A DNA stretch of 64,000 bases from Camelus dromedarius (taxonomy: Eukaryota). The stretch covers positions 103,604,001 through 103,668,000 of the forward strand of contig NC_087436.1 in NCBI RefSeq assembly GCF_036321535.1, written 5' to 3'. Positions within the stretch are counted from its first letter, which is position 1; each line of letters opens with the position of its first letter. Both the position numbers and the translations under genes were made by a program. Below the pieces are notes generated by a model. The model saw only the letters and a program-made list of their open reading frames with translations. It had not been told where the DNA came from and did not search any database. This document shows, in pieces, positions 1 to 12,304 of this stretch.

Positions 1-1131
1 GCATATAATACTGAAGTGGATAGAATTTTTTTTGCAGAGAAAACAGTTTATTTGCTGGAAACTACAAATAAAATTGATAAACCTTGACAGTATAGATATT
101 TCTCACCTGATAATTTCTATAACATTCTACACCAGAGCAGGTACTAAAATTAGCGTCAATACAATTCAAGCTGAGACACCAATAGAAGCCGAGGGAGAAT
201 TTAGTTGTCTTTAAACCATGATTTTACTCCATTTCCATATTTCCAGACCGATGTTTTCTTGTGATTTATAAATAAAGTAGCATTTTTCTTAAGGTATTGT
301 ATAGAGCAAAAAATGTCAGAAATAAAATATAATAAATGAGGCAACAATCTCAAATTTGCTTCTGAAAATATTCAGTATCTTTTATGTAGCAGTATAAAAG
401 GTGTAATTTATGGAATTGTTTCAGTGAAACTACATCATCAACATTGACAAAATTTTCTGATCTAGGGGCCAAAAATGAAATACTTTACCTAGTTATGTTC
501 TCATGTTGAGGAATAAAAACTGAAAAATTTATTGGGAATATCACCAATGTAGTTACTTTTTGTGAACAGAGCTAGAAAAAAAGTCTTAGTTTTTGAAAGC
601 AATTCAGTACCACAAAGATGCCATACGGTATCTCCTGAACAATCTAGCACCTGACAATGCTGAAAGGGTGTTTTTCCAGTTCTGGAAGGCCAAGTTTTGT
701 AAGATTGACATCTATATTTTTATTATTAAAGTCAAAAAATGTAAAAATAGATAATATTTACTTATAATTCAGAGTTATTATTCTATAATAGTGACACTCA
801 GCTTTAGTCAATTATTGACTTAAATGCAAGACCGTTCGGCCAAAATGCAAGGTGTGTGCACACACACAAGTTAAATGGAGTAAAATAAGTCAGAGAAAGA
901 GACTAAGAAGTGAAGGAGGGTAAGAGCAGAGGGTGTTGCACAAAGTAGTGGAGTTAGGGTAGGCCTGGCCAGGGAGCCAGCCATGCACTTAGTATCTAAG
1001 AAAACAAAATTTCATGAAGGAATGTCACTGAAGGAAAAAAGAAAAAACCTAACTGCTATATTCCAGGGTCAGCAACCAGGCCAGTGTGACTGGAGTAGAG
1101 TGAGCCAGAACGAGAGTGGGAGAAGATGAGG

Positions 1132-1173
1132 TCAGACGAGATCGGGCACGTTCAGGGTGGTATGGCCGTAGAC
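1132..1173 (-). pseudogene. 5S rRNA 5' fragment (nt 1-42) retropseudogene
   Basis: Reverse complement GTCTACGGCCATACCACCCTGAACGTGCCCGATCTCGTCTGA matches mammalian 5S rRNA nt 1-42 with one CpG-type C>T change and starts exactly at 5S nt 1. Confidence 0.95.
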
Positions 1174-1574
1174 ATTAAAAAACAAACAAACAAACAAAAA
1201 AGCATAAATAAAAAACAGAAATAGACTCATAGACATAGAATACAAACTTGTGGTTGCCAAGTGGGTTGGGGGTGGGAAGGGATAGAATGGGGTTTCAAAA
1301 TTGTAGAATAGATAAACAAGATTATACTGTATAGCACAGGGAAATACACACAAGATCTTATGGTAGCTCACAGAGAAAAAAATGTGACAATGAATATATA
1401 TATATGTTCATGTATAACTGAAAAATTGTGCTCTACACTGGAATTTGACACAACATTGTAAAATGATTATAAATCAATAAAAAATGTGAAAAGAAAGAAA
1501 GAAACATAGCTGGACCAAATTGGAAAAAAAATAAAAAATAAAAAAGGCAAACTCAGAGTAAAAAAAAAAAAAAA
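1174..1574 (+). mobile_element. Young camelid-type L1 3' UTR with composite poly(A) tail
   Basis: acagaaatagactcatagacatagaatacaaacttgtggttgcc...attatactgtatagcacagggaaa; AATAAA at 1476-1481; A-rich tails; 16-bp TSD agaagatgaggtcaga at 1121-1136 and 1575-1590. Confidence 0.9.
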
Positions 1575-2522
1575 AGAAGATGAGGTCAGAGTGGAAAAGG
1601 CTAGAAAGATGAGCCCTATAGGTCTATTTTAAAGACTTAGCTATTTTTCTGAGTGAGACGAGAGACCGTTAGCATGCTTTGAGCTGAGTAATGATATGAA
1701 CTGATTTGTGTTGCTCTCACACAATCAGAGGAAGTACAAATAAATGAAGGGCCACTTGTCTATGGACTTGGTGTTAAAGTGTAGTGTGTAAGGTTAGAAG
1801 CAGAAAGAACAAACGAAGACAAGACAAGATGGTGGCCTGGGCCAGGTGGTAGCAGTGAAGATGAAATGAGCTGTGGCCAGGGTCTGATCTATTCTGAGGG
1901 AAGAGTTAACAACATTTGCAAATGGAAAGGATGGGATGTATGAGAGCAAGATACCACTTAAACATGGTGCCAAGATTATATATTGTGTAAGAAGAGAGCT
2001 GTTGTTTATTGAGATGAGGAAGAATTTGAGGAGAAGTAAGTTTTGCAAAGAAGATATAGACACATATTAGAAATCCAAGTGCAAAGTTGGGAATGTGCAT
2101 ATGGGATTTAGGGACAAAGTTGGGATGATAGTATTTTGAAAGTATTAATGTACAGATGATATTTGAGGCCTTGAAACTGGATAAGACCATCAAGGATAGA
2201 AGAAAGAATATTCCATTTCTTCTCGTGTACATTCAATTCCTTGTCTTCTTCCACCATTTACTTAAGAGGAAATCCCAACCCCTGGTTAAACTCAATCATG
2301 AGCCCACTATAAGCCTAAGTTTGCAGGGCATAAGGTGACAGAAGAAAAAGCACACAATGTTTAATCAAAGATCACAAACAATAAAAAAGTTTCTAGCCTT
2401 TTCTGGAAGTCCTAAAACATCCCATAGTCAGTTCACCATCACCCTCTTCAAAAGACAGTTGTGTTTCTTATACTTTCTTCTCTATTTTCCAATGTGCCTT
2501 CTTCTTACTGACTCTCAGATAC

Positions 2523-2578
2523 TCTATTAGTCAAGGTTTTCCAGAGAAACAGAACCAATAGGAGACATGTATTTAGAT

Positions 2579-2635
<57 letters not shown>

Positions 2636-3091
2636 GATAGATTTCTAAATAATATTCATTTATTTACTTATTTATTTATTGTGACAAACTGGCTCACAGA
2701 ATTATGGAGACTAATATTCCTCCATAATTTCTGCCACTGGCAAGGTGAAGACCTAAGCAAACTCGTGGTGTAATTCAATCCAATTTAGAAGGTCTGAGAA
2801 TCAGAGGAGCCCATGGTTTCAGTCCCAGTCAGGGGGGCCGGGGAGTATGAGATGAGATGTCCCAAATCAAGCAGGCAAGAAACAGAAAAGGGCAAATTCC
2901 TCCTTCCTCTTCCTTTTATTCCCTTCAGCCCATTCAGTGGATTGGATGATGCCCGCCCACATTGGGGAAGACAAATCTACCGATTCAACTGCTAATCTCA
3001 TCCAGAGACACCCTTACAGCCACACCCAGAAATGGTTTTAACCTGGACACCCTGTGGTCACTCAGCATGACACGTACAGGTAACCATCACA
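2523..3091 (-). mobile_element. MLT2-family (ERV-L) solo LTR
   Basis: tattagtcaaggttttccagagaaacagaaccaatagga...taaccatcaca ends; flanks gatac/gatat (5-bp TSD, one mismatch). Confidence 0.85.
2579..2641. repeat. (GATA)n microsatellite inside the MLT2 LTR
   Basis: Direct reading. Confidence 0.95.
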
Positions 3092-4199
3092 GATATGGAC
3101 GGTGTATCTTATTTTCTAATAAAATGGAAGAATGAGACGAGACTACTCAATCATCCTTTCACTGGACCTACCCACCATCTGTACCTGTATTTATATTCTC
3201 TGCTCATTCTCCTTTGTCAATGAGTGGAATCTCCCGGCTTCTCCATCACCAAACTTCATGCTTGCATCTCTACTGAATCACTCTGACTGGCACAACATTG
3301 TAGCCATCTCCCACCTAGCAACAACGACAAATCCTCAGGCTCCAGCCTCTTTGTAGCACCTGTGGAATTATCCTCAAAACTTTAATAAGAAAACTCCTAG
3401 GCTACATGTCTGTACTTCTTTCCTGATTCTTTATCTCCAATTCTCTCTTTAATTCCTTTAGTTCAATCTCTGTTTCTTACACTCCACTGAAGTCTCACAC
3501 ACATAGCTCCTCTTGTCAACATCACTAGATGCCCCAATTTTGCCATAACAAGGTATGTTCTCCTTTCTTACTCTCCTACTTCTCAGCAGTATTTGACTCT
3601 TTAATTCACTACCTTCTCTTTGAAACACTTTGTCTTGGATCCTGAGATTCAAAAACAAACAAACAAAAACTATCTGAGAAGTCAGATAGAGAGACAAATA
3701 AATAAAACACTATGCAGTAAGTACCATATTTCACATTTGCAGGAATAAGGAAGTGACAAATTCCAGAAGGTAAGGAGAAGGAATCATAAAAGAGACGTAT
3801 TTTTTTGTTGAACTTGGAAGATTGAGTATATTAATATGTGAACAGAAATAACAATAAAGTACTCTAGAAACTTTGTATGTATATATATAATCAACTATCA
3901 AGTGATATCAAGTTTATCTGGTAGCTAAAACTCTGTATTAAGGAAAGATTAATGTTTTCTGTTTCTCTGAAGGCAACAGGAAAACCTGTGGTGACAAACC
4001 ATAGGATAATGTGTTTGTTCATGTTAAAGGGTAGATGGCAAAGATCCTGTGGGTATGACATTACAACTATCAGCTGTTCGATGTTGGAAAACAATCAACC
4101 ACTTTGCCCTGAAACAGAATGTTCCTGGAACACAGGGGCTACATTCTGTCGATCTGCCCATCCCTTGAGTATAAAGTATTCAAAAATGATAGTTGACTA

Positions 4200-4350
4200 A
4201 AACTATGTCAATTAATACTAACAAGAAACTTGTAAAGTATTATTATCACTGTTTTACAAGGATACTGAAGATAAACTTAAATAAACTTCCCAAAGTCAGA
4301 CAACTAGTAAGTAAATCCCTGCACTTTCATTTCAACTGCTCCTTCAACTA
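4200..4350. mobile_element. MIR SINE fragment
   Basis: tattatcactgttttacaaggatactgaag...aacttcccaaagtcagacaactagtaagt resembles the MIR core. Confidence 0.6.
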
Positions 4351-5950
4351 TTCACAGAACAACAATATTTATTATTTTTTCATTATCAAAAACAAAAAGA
4401 TGACTATCTCCATGTTAAACCTGGGCCACCGGGTCTCAAGATGAAGGAGGAAAAAGTCGCGTAAAGAATTTTACCCTCAGGGGTAGTCTTTAAGCTCCAA
4501 GTTGGCAGCCCACTTGCACCAGCATATTTTTAAGCACAAAATAATCTTTATTAAAATGTCCTTATTTTGAAAAGAAAATCTCTTTTCAGAAAACAAGACC
4601 AAAATTGAAAACTCCTAGAAAATTGAGCTTTCCAAGCTAAGCAAACAGAGCAGTTCTTTTCATAAATATCAGAACACTAAACAGCTACCCTAGTTCCTAA
4701 TTTTTAAGTTGCTACTTTATTCTTTCATTTTCAAAATTCCCTTTGAACTGCTATTAGTGCAAAGAGCTGATTATTTTGAGTGTGAGGAACGAAATCCTAC
4801 ACAGCCGTTCGCGTTTGACATTTAGAGATTTGCAGCCACCTGAGATCTCTGTGTAAATATTTATGAAGAAAGGCTCCCTCCTGGCTTTTATAACATGCAC
4901 TTTTATTTCCCAAATCTCAGCTCTGGTTCTGAATTCCCACCTCGAGGACAAATCCTTTGGCTCCACCTGAGGTAGGAAGTCTTTTGAATGAGTGTACGGA
5001 CATTTTGTATTATTGCACCCAGGTATCTTTATGAAGTTCTTGCAAGTTATGATGGCCTTTGGCTCATTCTGCCATTTCATATGGCAAAACTCATTCTTCC
5101 ATCTCATATGAGAAAACTGAGATAGAAAATGAACAAATACACCCAAGTGGTTAAAAATGTCCAAGGGAAGTTAAGGAATCCTGTCCCCCCAAAGTGAGGC
5201 TCACCCCACATGTTACCCTGCCTCAAGGAGATCCGTGGAAACAGAAAATAGATTGTGAAATAAATGTATTTAATCAGTTAAAAAAAATAGCCGAAGGTAT
5301 GCATGCCAGGCCATCTGGCAGTATGAAGAATATAAAAATATTTTCATTTACAACCTCAAAATGAAAGAAGATAAATACTTGAGGAAAAGCCTGAGTTTTG
5401 CTTTATACCAAGTAGCTGGACATCTCACCCAAATATTTTGCATTTCTGCAATCTAGTGTGTCAGTTATCTCTTCAAATATTCAAATTTTGTTTTCCTTTA
5501 GAATTGATTTACATAGATCACTCTAGAAAGTTGTAATTACACTCCATTTTTAAAAGGAGTTCATATGTAACATTTTCTCTCCCAAGTACTTGAACCATAT
5601 ATCTCTCGATAGCTTCTGTGTATCTCTGGTAAAGGGACCATAACTTCTCTTTCTTTATAAGCCTCTACCATTCTCTATACGTAAGTGGGAAAAAATACTG
5701 TAAAACTTGGTTAAATAGAGAAGTGAAAATATTGAGACATAGTTGTAGTGAGTAAGCATTTTCGACCTTACCTCTGTGTCCTGCAACCCTGTCAGTGACG
5801 AAGAAGATTTAGGAGATAGAGTCAGTTCTGTTGATTACATAAATGGCACATTTTACAAATCTAAGCCTGTCTCTCCATCTCTGCTATCATTACCTCAGTT
5901 CCTTAGTTCCAAGATTCATCTGTTTTTATTCAGATGACCATAAAGCTTCT

Positions 5951-6548
5951 ATGACAGACTATTTTCCAAAGATGGCTGCAGAAGCACCATCCCAGGCGCT
6001 TGTTTTGGGACCTTTCTGTTTACTCAGCAAGAGGGGCAAACTGTTTCCCCTTCCCTTGAATCTGTGTGGTTGCGTGACACAGCAGAATGCTGTGGAAGTA
6101 ACTCTGTGTGCCTTCCAAAACTGGGTCATAAAGTGAGATTCAGCTTCCACCTGTTCACTAAACACTCACACGGTACTTGGAGCCCTGAGTCACCATGCTG
6201 GAAATCAAATTACTCTCAGGCAGCCATACTGCAGGGAAGAAGAGCCATTTGAAATGGCCACAAATAGGTGCTGGAGTTGGCAGTTCTGGTCTTCTGTCCC
6301 TCCCAGTCCAGGGTGTAGTATGTGAGTCAACAAACTTTCCAGTGATCTCAGCCTCTGCCATCAATTCACCTGCACACCTGCAGCTTTCAAATCCCGAGAC
6401 CTAGGACACCATGAAACATACATAAGCTGGCCCTTTGGTACCTTTTCTGTATTACTGACCCACAGAATCCATGAATATTTTCACTATGGTTGTTTTAAGT
6501 TACTGTGTGTGAGGGAAATTGGTTATGCAGGAACAGTGACTGGAACAG
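5951..6548 (+). mobile_element. MLT1 (MaLR, MLT1H-like) solo LTR
   Basis: ttccaaagatggctgc...cccttgaatctg...tgacccacagaatcc...ttgttttaag...gttatgcag...actggaaca. Confidence 0.75.
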
Positions 6549-6562
6549 CCCCCTAACAGGAG

Positions 6563-6918
6563 GCAACGGACTGGATGTTTGTGGCCCCCCAAAATCCACA
6601 TGTTGAAATCCTAACCCCCCAGCTGCTGGTATTAGGAGGTGGGCCCTTTGGGTGTGATTACATCACAAGGGAAGAACCTGTATAAAAGAATGAGTGCCTT
6701 TATAAAAGGGGTCCCAGAGAGCTCTCGCATCCTCTTCGCACATGGGAGGATGCAAGAAGCTGGCAGTCTGCAAACTGGAAGAGGGTTCTCCCCAGAACCT
6801 GACTGTGCTGGCATCCTGATCTTCGACTTTCAGCCTCTGGAACTGTGAGAAATAAATTCCTGTTGTTTATAAGCCAATGAGTCTATGGTCATTTGTTTTA
6901 ACTGCTCAGACAAATACA
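6563..6918 (+). mobile_element. MLT1A-like solo LTR
   Basis: ccccccaaaatccacatgttgaaatcctaacc...cagcctctggaactgtgagaaataaattcctgttgtttataagcc...aataca. Confidence 0.85.
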
Positions 6919-7588
6919 GGAGATTCTACCGCTGATCTGGTCTTCCTGTGGCTTAATCCCACAATGTTGCCACTATCATCATTCAAAAATGAAAACTTAA
7001 CCATGCTGTTTCCTGTGTGACTCCCCTTTATCACTGTGGCACTGCAAATTCTTTGTCTTCCCCCTCACCTGGGCCCCCAACATGAATCAAGAACCCTTTC
7101 ATTCTCCCCTTTGTCAGTGAACACTCCCACTGTCTCAGGGTGTATTCCAACTATTTATCATCTTCAAACCCCTATTTCCATAACCATCCGCAAATTATAT
7201 TGCCCTTTACCTCAACGAGAAAGCTAATCACATTCTGAAGAGAATTACTTCAACTATCCATTCCCCATCCAAATTTGGTTGCATGCACATGTATCTTTGT
7301 TTCTTCCCTTCTGACTCATATAAGCAGTCTCTTCCCTGAATCAGTCCTATGCCTTTGATCCCATTTTCCACAACTACTTCTGGACTTTGCTCCAACAGTT
7401 ATCTACTCTACTGCTTAAAACTTCGAACTCTGCTGAACTCTTGGCCCCTGGCTGAGTCTTTAAGAATACTCACATTTCTTCCATTATTTAAAAAACAAAG
7501 TTCTCCCTTAAAATAAAAAACAAAATAAGAAAAAAAAAGCCTCTTCCTTCAAAGTCTTCTCCCTTCCAGTTATAAATCTCTGGGAAAT

Positions 7589-9793
7589 TGTAGAATTTGT
7601 CTACAAAACTTTTTCATTCCCATATGAACACCACTTTGTCATGAAAGTTTGACATTCCTCCTACCAATAGATGGACTGTATCCATGCATTCCTTGGATCA
7701 GGATGTCCTTGCAAATTGCTATGACTAACAGGATTCTGCCAGCATGAAAAAAGCCCAAGCCATGCTCCAGTTATTTCTGATATTGCAGACATCACAGCCA
7801 TCCCAGCTGAGGGCCCAGACATAAGAGTGGGCCCAGCTGCACATTGTGGAGCAGAGATGAGCTATCCCAATTTTATCCAGGCTGAATTGCTGACTGACAG
7901 ATTTGTGAGCAAATAAATGATTGTTGTTTCAAGCCACCAAGTTTTGTGGTGATTTGCTATGTAGCAAAATTTAACTGATACAGCAATTTACACCTAGAAG
8001 TAGGATGCTGCTGTAACAAAACTCTTAATACAGGTGGCATTGGCTTTAGAACCCATTGGTAGGTGAAGGCTGGAAAAGCAGCAAAGACACTACTAACAAA
8101 GTTATTGAAGAGATAAAAAGTAGTGAAAACACTTCTATAACAGGTAAGAAAAATGACCTCTCACGGGACAGACAAACAATTGCTAAAATGTCAGCTGTAG
8201 TAACTTGGAAGAAAGAAGATATACCTAAAGAAGTTATACATTTGGCTAAGGATATTAGCAAGCAGAATGTTAAAAGTATTAATTGGCCACTCTTAGCTGC
8301 AAGTGACAAGAAGAGAGAAATAAATAAAGAAGGAGCTATTCTAATGCACAAGATGAATTTTGAGAAAATATAGAAGGTCCAGGGTGTTCTGTGTTGGAAA
8401 ATAAAACTGCCTTAATTCCAGTCTCAAAACAGGTTCTAGAAGTAAGATAGAACCTCTTTCTAAAGATCAGAGTGAGGATGTGACAGGAAGACAATTTGTT
8501 AATACCTCAGAAAGATGGGAGATGGTATATAGTAGATCTGATCTAGACAAAAGTGCTTCTTAAGCATCTTCAGGATGTCAGAGTAAAGGAAGAACTGTAT
8601 CAAATAAAATTTTTTTGTGATTTTTATCAAATGAAATTGATTTTATAATATGATACACAGGAAACTCACAAAATATTTAAAGGAGTTGTAACAACATGGA
8701 TTGAAAGAGACTGAAATAGCTGAGAAAGAAAAGGGTCCTTTGGGTTTTCAGCTTTCTATGGTGACAAAGCTGCTAAAAAAAAGCTACTCAACAGCAAACA
8801 TGAGCTATTTCTTACATGAAAGAAAGGGCATCTCAGGCAGCAGATCCAAGAACCAAATGGGAAGAGCTAAGAGCCTCAAAGAATTACTAGACTAGGGGAC
8901 TACTCCAAGGGAACAGAAAAGGCCTTAATTAAGAAATGCCTGGTGTGCTCAGGCTTGAGAATCTGGTAATTTGTGTCCTGCCAGGTTTCAGAATTTCTAT
9001 GGTCCAGTCTGTTCTCTCCTCCCGTTCTTCCTTTTGTAGATGAGAATGATTACTATGATCATTGTGTGTCTGTATCGTTTGCTGAATGTGTGTGGAGCAG
9101 ATAACTTCATTTCTGTTTACAGGTCTACACACAAGGAGACACACACAAAGAGTCTCATTTTCATTCGGACCAAATACAGACTATGTAATCACGAACTGTG
9201 AACTTTGGACTTCATGGCAAAATGAGATAAGAATTTTGGGATCCTAAGATGGGCATGAGTATATTTAGCATATGTGATGAATATGTGTAATTCGTGGACA
9301 TGGGGCACATGGTGGTAGATTAATAACTGACCCCCCAAATGCTCTTATTTCTGCATGCATGTGTGACTCTTAGCAGTGTGACTCTGCCTCTCCTCCCATT
9401 AACACAGAAGTCTGCCTTTCTGACCCTTGACGACTGGCTGAACTTGTGTCCTGCTTTTACTACTGGAACACCGCAGAAATGAAATTAAACAAGTTTTTAG
9501 CACAGACCTCAAGAAGCATGGCATAGAGCATACACCTCTTGCAATGATGCCATTCATGAACAAACCTGACTCTCTTGAAAAGGAGAGATTTTGTGTGAAG
9601 AGAGGTCCAGCTACCAAAATTATCTCAGACATCCTAGTTGATGTCCCAGAATCGTGAAGAGCCCAAACCAGAACGACATGAAGCAAAGAGATGCCATCTC
9701 ATCTGAGCCCAGTTCACAGAGCAAGTCCATAGAGCAGTGAGCAAATTAAAATTGCTGTTTTAACCCACTTTGCTTTGGGATGGTTGACTACAC
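7589..9793 (+). mobile_element. Two-LTR MLT1 (MaLR) provirus: LTR ~7589-7982, internal ~7983-9309, LTR ~9310-9793
   Basis: LTR end gtagcaaaatttaactgataca is followed directly by the MLT-int start (acctagaagtaggatgctgctgtaacaaaa...ggcattggctttagaac). The second LTR ends taacccactttgctttgggatggtt...gataagtgacata. ORF 8056-8373 lies in the internal region. Confidence 0.8.
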
Positions 9794-10083
9794 ATGAATA
9801 GATAAGTGACATAAAGTCTTTCTTTCTATCTGATTGGGCTAGTGTCTTGAAAGAGTTTTATTTGAACTCTATTCCTTCACTTCCCTTTTTCTATGCATTG
9901 TTTAGAAAATTGCATCTATTTGTGTAATTTTAAAAGCCACAATGAATAGTATCCCAATGTCAGAGAATACATAACTTCAGTCACATCACTTTGAAAAATC
10001 TGTCTTCTCTGCTATACAATATGATTAATAACTGTAGTGTCTATTGTAGAAGATTTATTTTGAGAATTAAATGAGCTAATACA

Positions 10084-10186
10084 GAGGGCATAAAAGCTCA
10101 GTGGTAGAGCACATTCTTAGCATGCACAAGGTCCTGGGTTCTATCCCCAGTATAGAAAAAAATTTTTCCAGTAAAAAAATTTTTTT
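10084..10186 (+). mobile_element. Vic-1-type tRNA-derived SINE inserted in a MIR
   Basis: A/B-box head agctcagtggtagagcacattcttagcatgcacaaggtcctgggttctatccccagta; exact 14-bp TSD aatgagctaataca at 10070-10083 and 10187-10200. Confidence 0.85.
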
Positions 10187-10749
10187 AATGAGCTAATACA
10201 TAGAGCATGCTTTAAAAGATACCTAGTATGTAACAAAGGTGTGAAGCAGGATGGATACTGTTTTCTAATCATTATTAGCATTAAAACGAACTTCCTCCTC
10301 CTGTTATTTTATATTTTACTCTTGCCCACAATCAAAACTACTCTAAACTAGTAAAGCAGGTAAATTAAAATTTAATACTAGAAATCTCAAATATTATGAT
10401 AGACTAGGAAAGAACTTCTGGAAAAAAAAAAAAAGGAGGCGGGTATTTTTTAGAAGAATCCTAAATAAGGAACTAGATACTCACTAGACGGTCTGCTAAT
10501 GATTATTTCTGCGCTGACTTACATTCTTGTCAAAAAATTTTTTTCATTACCCTTGTGAGTCTAAAAAAAGACTTTAGAGATATCTAACCTAAATCAGGTA
10601 AGCTGATATCCAAGGAGAATGCATGATTTGCCTGAGTACATTCTGTAAATTACTCTCAGTCTTGGGACCAAGACCCAAGTACCAGCTCAGGGCCCTGTGC
10701 CCCGTATGCTGTGTCACAGCAATAAACTCAAGCAGTGACCCTCTTGTGA

Positions 10750-12304
10750 CTGTCAGAAGTGGTTACAAAGCCAAAACAATTTCTGCTTGAAATATAAAAA
10801 GCTGGAAAGCACATCCCTCACACTCTTACGAAAAATAAATAAAGGAGACTGGATATCTGAATTCACAACTTTTCTCAAACCCACTTGAGAGCTGAGGTCA
10901 CAGGACAATCAGCTAGTCCAGAATCTCAGAATAGACAGACTCCAGCTAGGAAAGACCAGACACTTGCTCACCGGAGACACCAATAAGAATTCAGCTAAAA
11001 TTGTTAATAAATTGGTACAGAAAAAATGTGAGTTAATGAGTGAATACAAAGCTGATGGGGTTATAGATATGTTGCCTGAAATAAATGCACAGCCTAAAAG
11101 TTGAGAGTTACGTTTTATTTGGTGGGAGGACTCGAGCCTGGACGGCAGCCTCTCAGATCGCTCTGAGGGACGGCTCCGAAGATGTGGGGGGGGGGAACTA
11201 GGATATATAGGAGTTTTACAACAAAGACCAGATAGTTGGAACATTAAAAGCTTAGTTGTTAACTAAAAAAGACCCGTTATCTCAAGTTAAAGAATTTAGC
11301 GCTTTTCTATGGATGGGAGGGAGCAAACATTTGGGCTCATTGAATTCATTCCTTTGACAAGCACCTTGCTATCTAGGGCCAGTATCCTGTCCTTTCTTAT
11401 TCTGAGTCCCCTCAGGGTGCACCATTGTGAATGGCTGCAGAGAATGGGCTGCAGGCTTGTCTTCCCTGGGGGGTGGCCGCAGCTGCTGATGACTTGATGG
11501 CTTCAGCATTCTTTGTTTACTAATATGGTTTGCAGTATTTTTCGTTCACAGGTATGAATAGAATTTTCAGCTTCTTGCAGACCCTTCCCCAAGGACTTCA
11601 ACAGGTTTTTACAAACATATTAAATAATAAACTTGAGAGAGTTTCCCTCATGGTACACTGGGGATGTAAGGGCCACTAAAGGAAAGGAATAAAACCCACC
11701 AAATTTCTTCTCCCCTAATTCTCCCATGGGACAAGAGCCTTAAACTGCTGAGAGAGGGGCAAAAATTACTGTCTCTTGAGGACACAGCTGAAAACCTATT
11801 GCCACGGGGAAAGGAACAGAAAAAAAGCCTTCAGTGCCTGGGAGAGGGGTAAGTAATCGAAAATTATAGCCAGAGGAGGCATAGGAGCACAGATCTGATC
11901 ACATCCCCAAGATCCAGGGACACAGTGCCTGCCCAAGACTGAGGCTTCATTAGATAAATGGGGAAAGCCCCCACCAGCCTTAACAGGAGGCTAATAGGCA
12001 TTAAACATTAAAGAGGAGAGAAATCCCCATGGGGGCATTACAAGAACAGAAGAAAAGTGAAGCAGTAAGGGGAGATTTAAATCTGGAAATCCTGCCACCA
12101 ATCAGAAAATAAAGGAGTGCTCAGGAATTTGATGACTGCAGTGCACTGAGGGTAAACATAACAACAAAACAATCCAAATGCTGATTAACTTCTAAGTTGA
12201 CTCTTAATCCCACAACCAAAAGCCTAGAAGAATGAAGGACATGCTTTTTCCAGGTAAAAAATCTATTTACCTCAGTGTCTATTATTTTTCACAAGGTGTC
12301 TGGC
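10750..12304 (+). mobile_element. Old L1M 5' region, left part, interrupted by an LTR at 11070-11550
   Basis: L1M 5'-end-like text (atctatttacctcagtgtctatt) appears to continue at 17641 after the ERV-L. Confidence 0.55.
11070..11550 (-). mobile_element. MER41-like ERV1 solo LTR
   Basis: TG...CA ends; flanks gata/ggta; MER41-type motifs (cagcctctcagatcgctctgag, tatctcaagttaaagaatttagcgcttttctatg, ctagggccagtatcctg); minus-strand AATAAA near 11114. Confidence 0.75.

Larger units (their letters stand above)
880..2200 (-). mobile_element. L2 LINE remnant, interrupted by the 5S/L1 insertion
   Basis: Antisense L2-type text (ccagtgtgactggagtagagtgag...agatgaggtcagag...gagtaatgatatgaactgattt; gatggtggcctgggccaggtggtagcagtgaag) resumes after 1590. 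Ends approximate. Confidence 0.7.

Noticed and set aside
1132..1173. Functional 5S rRNA gene
   Set aside because: Only 42 of about 120 nt are present, the internal promoter is absent and the fragment sits inside a TSD.
4754..5164. Longest ORF (136 aa, minus strand)
   Set aside because: No recognisable domain, non-ATG start and no splice context; this length is expected by chance in 64 kb.
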